From a virus (taxonomy: Duplodnaviria; Caudoviricetes): a stretch of 42,977 nt of DNA. Below are positions 15,783-24,341 of this stretch, piece after piece. The notes under the pieces were generated by a model. It worked only from the letters and a program-made list of their open reading frames with translations. It was not told where the DNA came from and ran no database searches. Made by a program: the position numbers and the translations under genes. Location: IMG/VR virus record IMGVR_UViG_3300032318_000669, positions 1 through 42,977 of that record; one strand, 5' to 3'. Numbering within the stretch: position 1 is the stretch's first letter; every line of letters begins with the position of its first letter.

Positions 15783-16358
15783 TCAAGCGGGGACTAACGT
15801 CTTATCGTGGACGCCACACTTAAACTGACCCTTCTTGAAAGCCAGTGCGCTGAAACGTCCAGTCGCACCGCATTCGGGGCAGACATACTTCAACAGGCGG
15901 GTGGATTGCTTTTCCCTGCCGGAGACATTCAGTGCGGCATGGGGATATTCGCCTTCGATGGTGACCCACCGGCGAATCTTGGACTCAAAAGCGGGTGCAG
16001 CCTCAGTAGCGGTCAACGGCCCCTGTAAACCAATGGAACGGGCAACGCGACCGAATTCACGGTTATGGCCCTGCGAAATACCAACAGCGGCGTGAACCAA
16101 TTCGTGGGCCAATACTGCGGCAACGGTCACCGAATCGGCATTGACCGGCGAAATGAAAATCTCGCAGTGACCATCAGCCGACCGCGAGGAGTCATGAATC
16201 TCGCCAATAACACGCGACCTACGGAGTCGAGTGCCGCCGGTGGACGGGAATCCGCAAGTAACGCGGAACGCGGGAAGCGGAACGCCCAGTGAGGCAAACT
16301 CAGGGGCGAGATTATCTGCGATGGAACGCAGCCAGTTTTGTCGAGCGATATCAGACAT
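15783..16358 (-). CDS. SprT-like zinc metalloprotease with C-terminal Zn ribbon
   Basis: VLAHELVHA...GHNREF; CPECG...CGVH. Confidence 0.85.
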   Translation of the reverse strand: MSDIARQNWLRSIADNLAPEFASLGVPLPAFRVTCGFPSTGGTRLRRSRVIGEIHDSSRSADGHCEIFISPVNADSVTVAAVLAHELVHAAVGISQGHNREFGRVARSIGLQGPLTATEAAPAFESKIRRWVTIEGEYPHAALNVSGREKQSTRLLKYVCPECGATGRFSALAFKKGQFKCGVHDKTLVPA

Positions 16359-16545
16359 GGTTAAACCTCCTGTTCAATTGTTGGTCAGCCGAATTGACGG
16401 CCTCGAAAACGGCGAGGTATTCGGCGTTCTCCGGCTTCAATAGGTCATCGTGGAGCCGAAAATTATCGGCGGTGGAAAATGTATTCACCCAGTGAGCCAA
16501 TGCCTTGGCCTGTTTCGGGGTGAGCGTGATGGTTCTAGTTTCCAT
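16351..16545 (-). CDS. hypothetical protein, first gene of the putative early operon
   Basis: 64 aa, GGGAGGTTTAAATG start. Confidence 0.75.
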   Translation of the reverse strand: METRTITLTPKQAKALAHWVNTFSTADNFRLHDDLLKPENAEYLAVFEAVNSADQQLNRRFNHV

Positions 16546-16565
16546 TTAAACCTCCCAAATAGGTC

Positions 16566-16627
16566 GATATGCGGACGGTGCATATCATTCAGCCGCCGGA
16601 ATAAATCAGACGACTGAGGTTATGCAC
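16566..16627 (-). repeat. structured leader element, copy B
   Basis: GTGCATAACC-TCAGTCGTCTGA-TTTAT-TCCGGCGGCTGA-AT-GATATGC-ACCGTCC-GCATATC. Confidence 0.8.
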
Positions 16628-16935
16628 AATCAAACTCAACGCCTCACGGCGTGGATATTGGGTATTTGCTAGACGGTTATTGTCGTGCCACCGTCTAGTG
16701 GGCGTGGGTATTCGGTACTTAATCAATGGCTGTTCGGCCATCCACGGCGCGATGTTCTGCGCCGCCCTCTTCAGTGGGGGATGCCGCCCCACCTTCCCTT
16801 TGACCTCAGCACTGGAGGCTCCGGAGTCCGGCTCTATCGTGGCCGTCTTACGGCGGTGGGCGATTGTCCGACTCGCCACCGACTGCCGCCCCGCAACTAC
16901 TCGGCACGCGAGGGGCAATCCTCAGAGTCATGACA
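16566..16935 (-). ncRNA. candidate large structured RNA or leader (~370 nt)
   Basis: About 10 consecutive hairpins, a GNRA-capped stem (ACGCC GTGA GGCGT), and G-U pairs valid only on the minus strand; no credible ORF. Confidence 0.6.
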
Positions 16936-16958
16936 TGGGAGGAAGTTCAGCAATGTTT

Positions 16959-16988
16959 AGACTAGTTGTGATTCGCCTGTGCAATCAA
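16959..16988 (-). promoter_or_regulatory. possible promoter of the early leader
   Basis: TTGATT-18 nt-TAGTCT with an overlapping TTGCAC, just upstream of the structured region. Confidence 0.35.
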
Positions 16989-17228
16989 GAACTTAGCGCA
17001 TCGGTGTAAACGGAACTCATGTTGCTGCACGGCTCAGGGTGAGGGTGAGGTATCACCGCAGAGAGTAGAAAAGCATCACGCGGTGTAGAGCAGGCGCGTA
17101 TGTGCGCGCACACGCGAGGCAGACCGCGCGAGAGGATTGTAGAAAGTTGCTTGTGCCAGTTCAGGGATGGCGGCGGGGATTATGTTTGGGGCGAAGCCAA
17201 ACAGCCCGAATACTCAATGGTTAAACAC

Positions 17229-17257
17229 TTGCCAAAGGATAAACACTCCCATATAGT
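17229..17257 (+). promoter_or_regulatory. sigma70-type promoter upstream of the small terminase
   Basis: TTGCCA-17 nt-TATAGT, overlapped by two TAAACACT direct repeats. Confidence 0.7.
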
Positions 17258-17307
17258 CCGCCCATGTTTAATCGTTCCCAATACATTCCTCAGTAACACC
17301 AGACGAT

Positions 17308-18033
17308 ATGGCAGCGAAAATCAGTAGGAAACAGATAGCGGAAGCACTCGACCAGATACCGGTCGAACATTTGCTATTGGGGTCGGCGGGGCGTGAATTA
17401 ACTGCGAAGCAGAAACGGTTCGCACGTCACATAGCAGAAGGTAACACTGGCGCTGATGCATACAGGAAAGCATATAACGCAAAGGGAACACCAAAGAGTG
17501 TGGGCAGTAACGCGAGTAGGCTCAAAGCAGACGAAAGAATGCAACTAGAACTGACCCGTTTAAAAGCACTACAGGAGATACGGGAACAGCAATCCCCTGC
17601 TCAAATCAGAGCCACGGTCATCGAGCGGCTGCAACTTGAAGCCACCGATGCAGAGAATCCACCGGCTGCGAGAATCAGGGCGTTGGAACTATTAGGCAAG
17701 GTTACTGAGGTCGCGGCATTCACTGAGCGCAGAGAGCAGACTGTCATTCACAGTAGTGAGGCGATTAAACAGCAGATAATGGATAGGCTCCGCAATCTCA
17801 CCGCTATCGATATCACGCCATTAGACGCACTGAATGCGGATGCTGATGCCCTGTCATTAGAAGCGGAGTTGAGCGCAGCAGAGAGCGCCACAGACAGCGA
17901 GGAAGGCATTGTCGATGCAGCCGATTATCAGGAGGGGTTATCTGCCGACCCCACCGAGGGGGTATGCCCCGATATTGAGTCGGAGTCCCGTGGCGCGTAT
18001 GTACACAATGTTCCACACAAACACACACCTTAA
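17308..18033 (+). CDS. terS: terminase small subunit
   Basis: LTAKQKRFARHIAEGNTGADAYRKAY...ASRL...RIRALELLGK; upstream of terL. Confidence 0.85.
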   Translation: MAAKISRKQIAEALDQIPVEHLLLGSAGRELTAKQKRFARHIAEGNTGADAYRKAYNAKGTPKSVGSNASRLKADERMQLELTRLKALQEIREQQSPAQIRATVIERLQLEATDAENPPAARIRALELLGKVTEVAAFTERREQTVIHSSEAIKQQIMDRLRNLTAIDITPLDALNADADALSLEAELSAAESATDSEEGIVDAADYQEGLSADPTEGVCPDIESESRGAYVHNVPHKHTP

Positions 18034-18239
18034 TACCATTAACCCATGCAACACCTGTATTACGTATCCGATGCAACTCTTGTAATAGGAACATTCTATT
18101 ACAAGTGTGGTATGTCATACGTAATAGATGACACCCCCACCCCTATTGCAAAAATTTCCGGGCGGGTATCTGTATGTTGAATTATGGAAACCACCCCCTT
18201 CGTTTCTGAAACGAAAACAGGCGGGGGGGTATATTTTTT

Positions 18240-18464
18240 ATGACACCAAGACAAAAAGAAGTTTTCCTTGTGATTGATGAGTGGTGGAAGAAGTACGGCT
18301 ACAGTCCTTCCATTGACGAAATCATGTATGTACTTGGAACCAAAGGCCGGGGAAACATTCATCGCATCATCAACAATCTGGTGGCGCTCGGTGCTTTGAA
18401 GAAGTTGCCCAACAAACAGAGGACTGTTAGACCGAAAGGAATCAACTTCCGGAGGATTGAGTGA
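18240..18464 (+). CDS. LexA-like N-terminal winged-helix DNA-binding protein (no protease domain)
   Basis: MTPRQKEVFLVI...GYSPSIDEI...G.KGRGNIHRIINNLVALGAL...RTVR. Confidence 0.8.
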   Translation: MTPRQKEVFLVIDEWWKKYGYSPSIDEIMYVLGTKGRGNIHRIINNLVALGALKKLPNKQRTVRPKGINFRRIE

Positions 18465-18529
18465 TGGAGTTCTTGTTCTTAATCGCCTTTATGGTTGTTG
18501 TTATTCTTATGGTTGATTTGAATGACTGA
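18464..18529 (+). CDS. possible 21-aa membrane peptide
   Basis: MEFLFLIAFMVVVILMVDLND; GGAGGA SD; overlaps both neighbours. Confidence 0.45.
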   Translation: MEFLFLIAFMVVVILMVDLND

Positions 18530-20024
18530 CCTTAATGCTTTAGTTGACCAGATTTCACTGCTCCCGGCGGGTGAGCAGGATGAGATGTTCCGTATGCTGA
18601 AGGAGTACACGGATGCTGCTGAACGCGAAAAGACTCAGAATTCGTTCATGCAGTTCGTAAGTAAGATGTGGCCCGGATTCATTTCAGGCAGACACCATAA
18701 ATTGATGGCTGAGAAATTTGAAAGGGTGGCGAAAGGTGAACTTAAACGACTTATCATCAATATGCCGCCCCGCCACACGAAGTCGGAGTTCGCTTCATAT
18801 CTACTCCCGGCTTGGTTTCTTGGTCGCTATCCGGGCAAGAAAGTTATTCAGACGTCGCACACGGCGGAACTCGCGGTGGGATTTGGGCGTAAGGTACGGA
18901 ATCTTGTCGATTCGGAGGCGTATAAGGCTGTATTTCCTAATATCGCTCTGCGACATGATTCAAAGGCTGCTGGACGGTGGGCGACTAACGAAGGCGGAGA
19001 GTATTTCGCTATCGGTGTTGGCGGCGCTGTCACGGGTAAAGGCGCGGACCTACTCATTATTGACGACCCGCACTCGGAACAAGAAGCCAAATTAGCGGCA
19101 AACGACCCGTCTATCTTTGATTCTGTGTACGAATGGTACACATCCGGCCCCCGTCAGCGTCTACAACCGGGTGGCGCTATCGTAGTTGTGATGACTCGTT
19201 GGTCTTTGAAAGACCTGACAGGCCGGGTTATTCAATCATCTATGGAGGATGAGCGAATTGGCGAATGGGAGGTCATCGAATTACCGGCTATCCTTCCATC
19301 AGGAAAGCCTCTTTGGCCCGAATTCTGGTCTATCGAAGAACTTGAAGCGCTCCGGACGGAACTGCCGCTATCAAAATGGTCAGCGCAGTATCAACAAAAA
19401 CCGTCTGGCGAAGAAGGCGCGATTATTAAACGGGAATGGTGGAAAATTTGGGAGGAAGACCGTCCACCGCCTTGTGATTTTCTCATCCAGTCTTGGGATA
19501 CGGCTTTTACTAAGAATGAACGGTCTGACTATTCAGCCTGTACGACTTGGGGCGTGTTCTACAAGGACGAAGACCACAAAGACGCCAACATCATTTTGTT
19601 GGATGCGTACAAAGAACGTTTGGAATTTCCTGAACTGAAGCAAAAAGCGTTTGAAATATGGAAAGAATGGGAGCCGGATGCGTTTATTGTCGAAGCAAAA
19701 GCGGCTGGCTCGCCCCTGATTTACGAATTAAGGCAAATGGGCATCCCTGTACAGGAATTTACACCGAGCCGTGGTAATGATAAAAATGTACGTCTAAACG
19801 CTGTATCAGATTTATTTGCTTCAGGTAAAGTATGGTGTCCGGATAAAAGATGGGCGCATGAATTAGTTGAGGAAATGGCCGCGTTTCCTTACGGCGAACA
19901 CGATGACTTGACCGACTCGACAACTCAGGCGCTACTCAGATTCCGTCAGGGTGGCTTTATTAGACTAGACAGCGATGAACCGGAACCAATCAAATGGTTC
20001 AACCGTAAGAAGGGTTACTACTGA
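18522..20024 (+). CDS. terL: terminase large subunit
   Basis: NMPPRHTKS (Walker A), LLIIDDP (Walker B), VMTRW, YQQ.P, QSWDTA, HDDLTDS nuclease motifs. Confidence 0.95.
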   Translation: MTDLNALVDQISLLPAGEQDEMFRMLKEYTDAAEREKTQNSFMQFVSKMWPGFISGRHHKLMAEKFERVAKGELKRLIINMPPRHTKSEFASYLLPAWFLGRYPGKKVIQTSHTAELAVGFGRKVRNLVDSEAYKAVFPNIALRHDSKAAGRWATNEGGEYFAIGVGGAVTGKGADLLIIDDPHSEQEAKLAANDPSIFDSVYEWYTSGPRQRLQPGGAIVVVMTRWSLKDLTGRVIQSSMEDERIGEWEVIELPAILPSGKPLWPEFWSIEELEALRTELPLSKWSAQYQQKPSGEEGAIIKREWWKIWEEDRPPPCDFLIQSWDTAFTKNERSDYSACTTWGVFYKDEDHKDANIILLDAYKERLEFPELKQKAFEIWKEWEPDAFIVEAKAAGSPLIYELRQMGIPVQEFTPSRGNDKNVRLNAVSDLFASGKVWCPDKRWAHELVEEMAAFPYGEHDDLTDSTTQALLRFRQGGFIRLDSDEPEPIKWFNRKKGYY

Positions 20025-22477
20025 TGACTATTGACAAAATTATGCCGGAAATCACCGATGCCGAGCCATTGGAGATTGAGATTGAGAACCCTGATTCGGT
20101 CACTATCAACGCCGGTCCCGTTGAAATCATTCTGGAACCCGACAAAGAAGCCGAGGAAAGCGAATTTGAATCCAACCTCGCGGAAGAATTGGACGAAAGT
20201 TACCTGTATTCGCTCGCATCTGAATTGATTGGCGATTACACAGAAGATTTAAACAGTCGCAAGGACTGGGAAACCACCATCCAAGAAGGTATGGACCTGC
20301 TTGGTTTAAAGGTCGAAGAACGTTCTGAGCCGTGGGAAGGCGCGTGTGGCATCACCCACCCCATGTTGACTGAGTCTGTTGTCCGCTATCAGGCGGAAAT
20401 GATTATGGAGACTGTCCCGGCCAGCGGTCCAGTACGCACCAAAGTGCTTGGCAAGGAGACTCCGGAGAAGGTTGACGCTGCACAGCGCGTCGAAGACGAC
20501 ATGAACTACCGGCTTATGGAAGAAATGCCGGAGTGGCGTACCGAACAAGAAAGGCTTTATTGGTCGCAACCCCTCATGGGTAGCGCGTTTAAAAAGGTTT
20601 ACTACGACCCCGGACTCGGGCGTCAAGTCGCAATGTTCGTCCCCGCCGATGACCTTATCGTCTCCTATGGGGAAACCTCGCTTCAATCTGCACAACGTAT
20701 TACGCATCGTATGCGTAAAAACAAGAATGAAATCAGGAAGTTACAAGTTTCCGGCTTCTATCGCGACATCGAATTAGGCGACCCGCCGCGTGATGTTGCC
20801 AATCTTCAGAAGAAAAGAAACGAACTTACCGGCATTGATTCTTTAAACGACACCCGCTATCGCCTTCTGGAAATCCATACCTATCTGGATTTGGAAGGTT
20901 ACGAAGATGAAAACGATGGCGAAAAGACGGGGATTGCACTTCCGTATGTCGTGACCATCAATGAAGGCAATCAGGAAGTTTTAGCAATCAGACGCAATTG
21001 GAAAGAAGATGACCCTCTTAAACAGGCGCGGATGCACTTTGTCCACTATCCATACATTACTGGCTTTGGCTTTTACGGGTTTGGGCTGCTTCATCTTATT
21101 GGCGGTCATGCTCGCGGCGCTACCAGTCTACTTCGTCAACTGGTTGACGCAGGCACTCTGGCAAACCTTCCGGGCGGGCTTAAATCGCGTGGTCTGAGAA
21201 TCATTGGCGACGACACGCCAATCTCACCGGGCGAGTTCCGTGACGTTGACGTTCCGGGTGGTTCCATCCGCGACAACATCCTGCCGCTACCCTACAAGGA
21301 ACCCTCTCAGACGCTCTCAGCGCTCCTTGGCACGATTGTAGAAGAAGGTCGTAGGTTCGCTGCCATCTCGGACATGAAAGTGTCTGATATGTCGTCACAG
21401 GCTCCCGTAGGCACCACGTTGGCAATTCTTGAACGCACTCTGAAAGTTATGAGTGCTGTTCAGGCGCGGGTGCATTACGCGATGAAGGAAGAATTTAAAC
21501 TTCTTGCTTCCATCATCCGTGACTTCACCCCGGAAGAATATGACTACGACGTAGATGATGCACCGCGTCTAGTTAAACAGTCTGACTACGACAAGACCGA
21601 CATCATCCCCGTCAGCGACCCGAACGCCGCCACGATGTCGCAACGCATCGTTCAATACCAAGCGGCGCTTCAACTGGCTCAAGGCGCTCCGCAAATCTAT
21701 GACTTGCCGGAACTGCATCGCCAGATGTTGAACACTTTAAACATCAAGAACGTCGATAAGTTGATTCCGACTACCGACGACTTGAAGCCGAAAGACCCGG
21801 TCAGTGAAAACATGGCGCTTATGGTTGGCAAGCCTGTTAAGGCTTTTGCCTATCAAGACCATGAAGCGCACATCCAGACTCATATGACGATGATGCAAGA
21901 CCCGAAGATTCAACAGATTGCGGGTCAATCGCCGCTGTATCAGCAAATGATGACCGCTGCTCAGGCGCATATCGCGGAGCATATTGGCTTTGCGTATAAA
22001 CAACATATTGAAGAACAGATTGGCGCTCCGCTTCCGGGCGATGAAGAACAGTTGCCGGAAGACATTGAGTTCCAAGTTTCCAAACTTATTGCTGCCGCCG
22101 CTGAACGCCTGCTGCAAACCAATCAATCTGAAGTTCAACAACAACAGAACGAACAGGCGCAACAAGACCCGCTGGTTCAGCAAGCAATGATGGAACTGCA
22201 ACTGAAGCAACAGGAAGTTGAACGCAAGGCCCAGAAGGACCAAGCCGACATCGCTCTGAGGGCGCAAGAAATGCAACTTAAGGATGCGCGTGAACGTGAA
22301 CGCATCCAGACGCAAGTCAAAACCGCTGAAATGGCAGCGCAAGCCAAGATGGCAGACACCAAAGCCAACTTGGATTCCAAAGGTCTACTTGCTGGACTGA
22401 AAATTGGTGCGGAGGCTGTAAATGGAAGAAATGGAGTACCTGCTCAGAAAACTGAGGGAAGAGATAACAAGTCATAA
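20024..22477 (+). CDS. portal protein (P22-like, with long C-terminal coiled coil)
   Basis: 817 aa directly after terL; GSAFKKVYYD, GFYGFGL, Gln-rich helical tail. Confidence 0.88.
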   Translation: MTIDKIMPEITDAEPLEIEIENPDSVTINAGPVEIILEPDKEAEESEFESNLAEELDESYLYSLASELIGDYTEDLNSRKDWETTIQEGMDLLGLKVEERSEPWEGACGITHPMLTESVVRYQAEMIMETVPASGPVRTKVLGKETPEKVDAAQRVEDDMNYRLMEEMPEWRTEQERLYWSQPLMGSAFKKVYYDPGLGRQVAMFVPADDLIVSYGETSLQSAQRITHRMRKNKNEIRKLQVSGFYRDIELGDPPRDVANLQKKRNELTGIDSLNDTRYRLLEIHTYLDLEGYEDENDGEKTGIALPYVVTINEGNQEVLAIRRNWKEDDPLKQARMHFVHYPYITGFGFYGFGLLHLIGGHARGATSLLRQLVDAGTLANLPGGLKSRGLRIIGDDTPISPGEFRDVDVPGGSIRDNILPLPYKEPSQTLSALLGTIVEEGRRFAAISDMKVSDMSSQAPVGTTLAILERTLKVMSAVQARVHYAMKEEFKLLASIIRDFTPEEYDYDVDDAPRLVKQSDYDKTDIIPVSDPNAATMSQRIVQYQAALQLAQGAPQIYDLPELHRQMLNTLNIKNVDKLIPTTDDLKPKDPVSENMALMVGKPVKAFAYQDHEAHIQTHMTMMQDPKIQQIAGQSPLYQQMMTAAQAHIAEHIGFAYKQHIEEQIGAPLPGDEEQLPEDIEFQVSKLIAAAAERLLQTNQSEVQQQQNEQAQQDPLVQQAMMELQLKQQEVERKAQKDQADIALRAQEMQLKDARERERIQTQVKTAEMAAQAKMADTKANLDSKGLLAGLKIGAEAVNGRNGVPAQKTEGRDNKS

Positions 22478-22604
22478 CGAATTCATTGCAAAGGACAATT
22501 GCAAAGATTTCGCTCACTATAAGTATCTGTGTGGCCTTATTCGGGGTCTTGAGGTTGCACAGTCTCACATCTTAGACCTCGCGGAGAAGTTAAAAAATGA
22601 CTGA
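22422..22604 (+). CDS. conserved small phage protein
   Basis: KDFAHYKYLCGLIRGL motif; lies between portal and GroES. Confidence 0.75.
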   Translation: MEEMEYLLRKLREEITSHNEFIAKDNCKDFAHYKYLCGLIRGLEVAQSHILDLAEKLKND

Positions 22605-22974
22605 ACAAGTCGAAGAAGTTATTGAGAATCAAGAAGATAAGGCAACTCAACTGCCTGACCCGAAAGGCTACAAGATTCTTTGTGCCCTTCCAGAAGTGGA
22701 AGACAAGTTTTCTAACGGCATCCTGAAGGCAGATACGACATTAAAAACTGAAGAGCATTCTTCGGTGATTCTGTTTGTTCTGAAGATGGGTCCGGATTGC
22801 TATAAGGATGAATCCCGTTTCCCAAACGGTCCTTATTGCAATGAAGGCGACTTTGTTTTAACCCGCGCTTATTCGGGCACCCGCTTCAAAATTCATGGCC
22901 GCGAATTCAGGCTCATCAACGATGACTCTATTGAAGCGGTTGTGCAAGACCCTCGCGGATATACACGCGCATAA
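22597..22974 (+). CDS. groES: co-chaperonin GroES-like protein
   Basis: LPDPKGYKIL...GIL...VLKMGPDCY...GDFV...YSGTRFKIHGREFRLINDDSIEAVV. Confidence 0.85.
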   Translation: MTEQVEEVIENQEDKATQLPDPKGYKILCALPEVEDKFSNGILKADTTLKTEEHSSVILFVLKMGPDCYKDESRFPNGPYCNEGDFVLTRAYSGTRFKIHGREFRLINDDSIEAVVQDPRGYTRA

Positions 22975-22983
22975 GGATTGAAA

Positions 22984-23898
22984 ATGGAAAACGAAAACCA
23001 AGTCAATGAAGAAGTAATCATTGAAACCGAAGGCGACAATATTGAAATTGATATTGTTGATGACACTCCGGAACAAGACCGTGGTCGCAAGCCTCTTGAA
23101 AAAGACGTTGAAGACCCGACTGATGATGAAGTTGAACAGTACAGTTCCAATGTACAGAAACGCATCAAGGAACTGTCCCACGCCCGCCACGATGAGCGCC
23201 GCGCAAAAGAAGCAGCATTGCGTGAGCGTGAAGAAGCCATCGAAATGGCCCGCCGCGTTCTTGAGGAAAATAGCAAACTCAAGAACAGCCTGAAGTATGG
23301 CGAAGAAGCATTTTTAGAATCCGCCAAACAAAAGGCAGCAATCGAATACGAAGTCGCCAAAAAGAAGTTAATTGAAGCAAAGTCTATTGGTGACGTTGAA
23401 GCAGAAGTTCAAGCACAAGAAGAATTCAATTCAGCGCAACTTACTCGCGCTAAATTGGAAGAGTTTAAAAATAATGCTAGACAAAATGATTTTGATGATG
23501 TAAATAGCATTCCTAATCAACCGCCCAAGCAAGTTGATTACAAAGCACAGGAATGGCATAAAAACAATCCTTGGTTTTGGAAAGACAGGACGATGACCGG
23601 TGCTGCCTTGGGTGTGCATGAAGAATTGGTCAGTTCGGGTTATGACCCGCGTAGTGATGAGTATTACCGGGAATTGGATTCCCGCATTAGGACGATTTTC
23701 CCCGACAGGTTTGAAGATACCAAGTCTGAAAAACAGGAAAAGAAGCGTCCGTCTACGGTTGTCGCATCCGCGAACCGTAGTTCCCCCTCTAAACGGATTA
23801 CGCTGAGTGCAAGCGAAGTTGCTCTTGCCCGCCGCCTAAATCTGCCTCTTGAAGTCTACGCCAAACAGAAGATTGAACTGGAGAAGCGCAATGGATAA
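22984..23898 (+). CDS. putative scaffolding protein
   Basis: Acidic N-terminus, long coiled coil, W...NPWF, C-terminal ARRLNLPLEVYAK; located upstream of capsid genes. Confidence 0.65.
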   Translation: MENENQVNEEVIIETEGDNIEIDIVDDTPEQDRGRKPLEKDVEDPTDDEVEQYSSNVQKRIKELSHARHDERRAKEAALREREEAIEMARRVLEENSKLKNSLKYGEEAFLESAKQKAAIEYEVAKKKLIEAKSIGDVEAEVQAQEEFNSAQLTRAKLEEFKNNARQNDFDDVNSIPNQPPKQVDYKAQEWHKNNPWFWKDRTMTGAALGVHEELVSSGYDPRSDEYYRELDSRIRTIFPDRFEDTKSEKQEKKRPSTVVASANRSSPSKRITLSASEVALARRLNLPLEVYAKQKIELEKRNG

Positions 23899-24310
23899 TC
23901 GCCGTCCTCGTAATTTTGATTCCCGTGAAAACACGGAGCGGGTTAAGCAATGGGTTCCGCCCTCGACTTTGCCTACGCCGAATGCACAGGATGGTTACAA
24001 TTTCCGTTGGGTGCGTACCAGTTTGATGGGTGCCGCTGACCCCACCAATGTCAGTGCCAGATTCCGTGAAGGCTGGGAGCCGGTCAAGATGGAAGACCAT
24101 CCTGAACTGATGCTCAATGCCGTTCCCGGCGCAGCATCAAGTGGCAATGTAGAAATTGGTGGTCTTACTCTGTGCAAGATGCCCTCCGAAATGGTGGAGC
24201 AACGCAATGAGTATTACCAACAAATCAACCGTGACCAAATGCAATCGGTTGAACAAAGTTTTATGCGTGAAAACGACCGCCGTATGCCCAAGTTCTCTGA
24301 ACGCAAGTAA
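23891..24310 (+). CDS. conserved head-module protein
   Basis: ATG 23891; WVPPSTLPTP...FRWVR...REGWEPVK...IGGLTLCKMP. Confidence 0.75.
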   Translation: MDNRRPRNFDSRENTERVKQWVPPSTLPTPNAQDGYNFRWVRTSLMGAADPTNVSARFREGWEPVKMEDHPELMLNAVPGAASSGNVEIGGLTLCKMPSEMVEQRNEYYQQINRDQMQSVEQSFMRENDRRMPKFSERK

Positions 24311-24341
24311 CGGCATTTATTAATAAAGAAGGAGTCAAAAA

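Noticed and set aside
16740-16795. CTGAAGAG after a hairpin (minus strand) as a second hammerhead
   Set aside because: No GAAA after the following stem and no stem III or NUH site.
16589-17009. ORFs of 82-109 aa on both strands over the structured region
   Set aside because: No SD, atypical Arg/Pro/Ala composition; better explained as GC-rich structured RNA.
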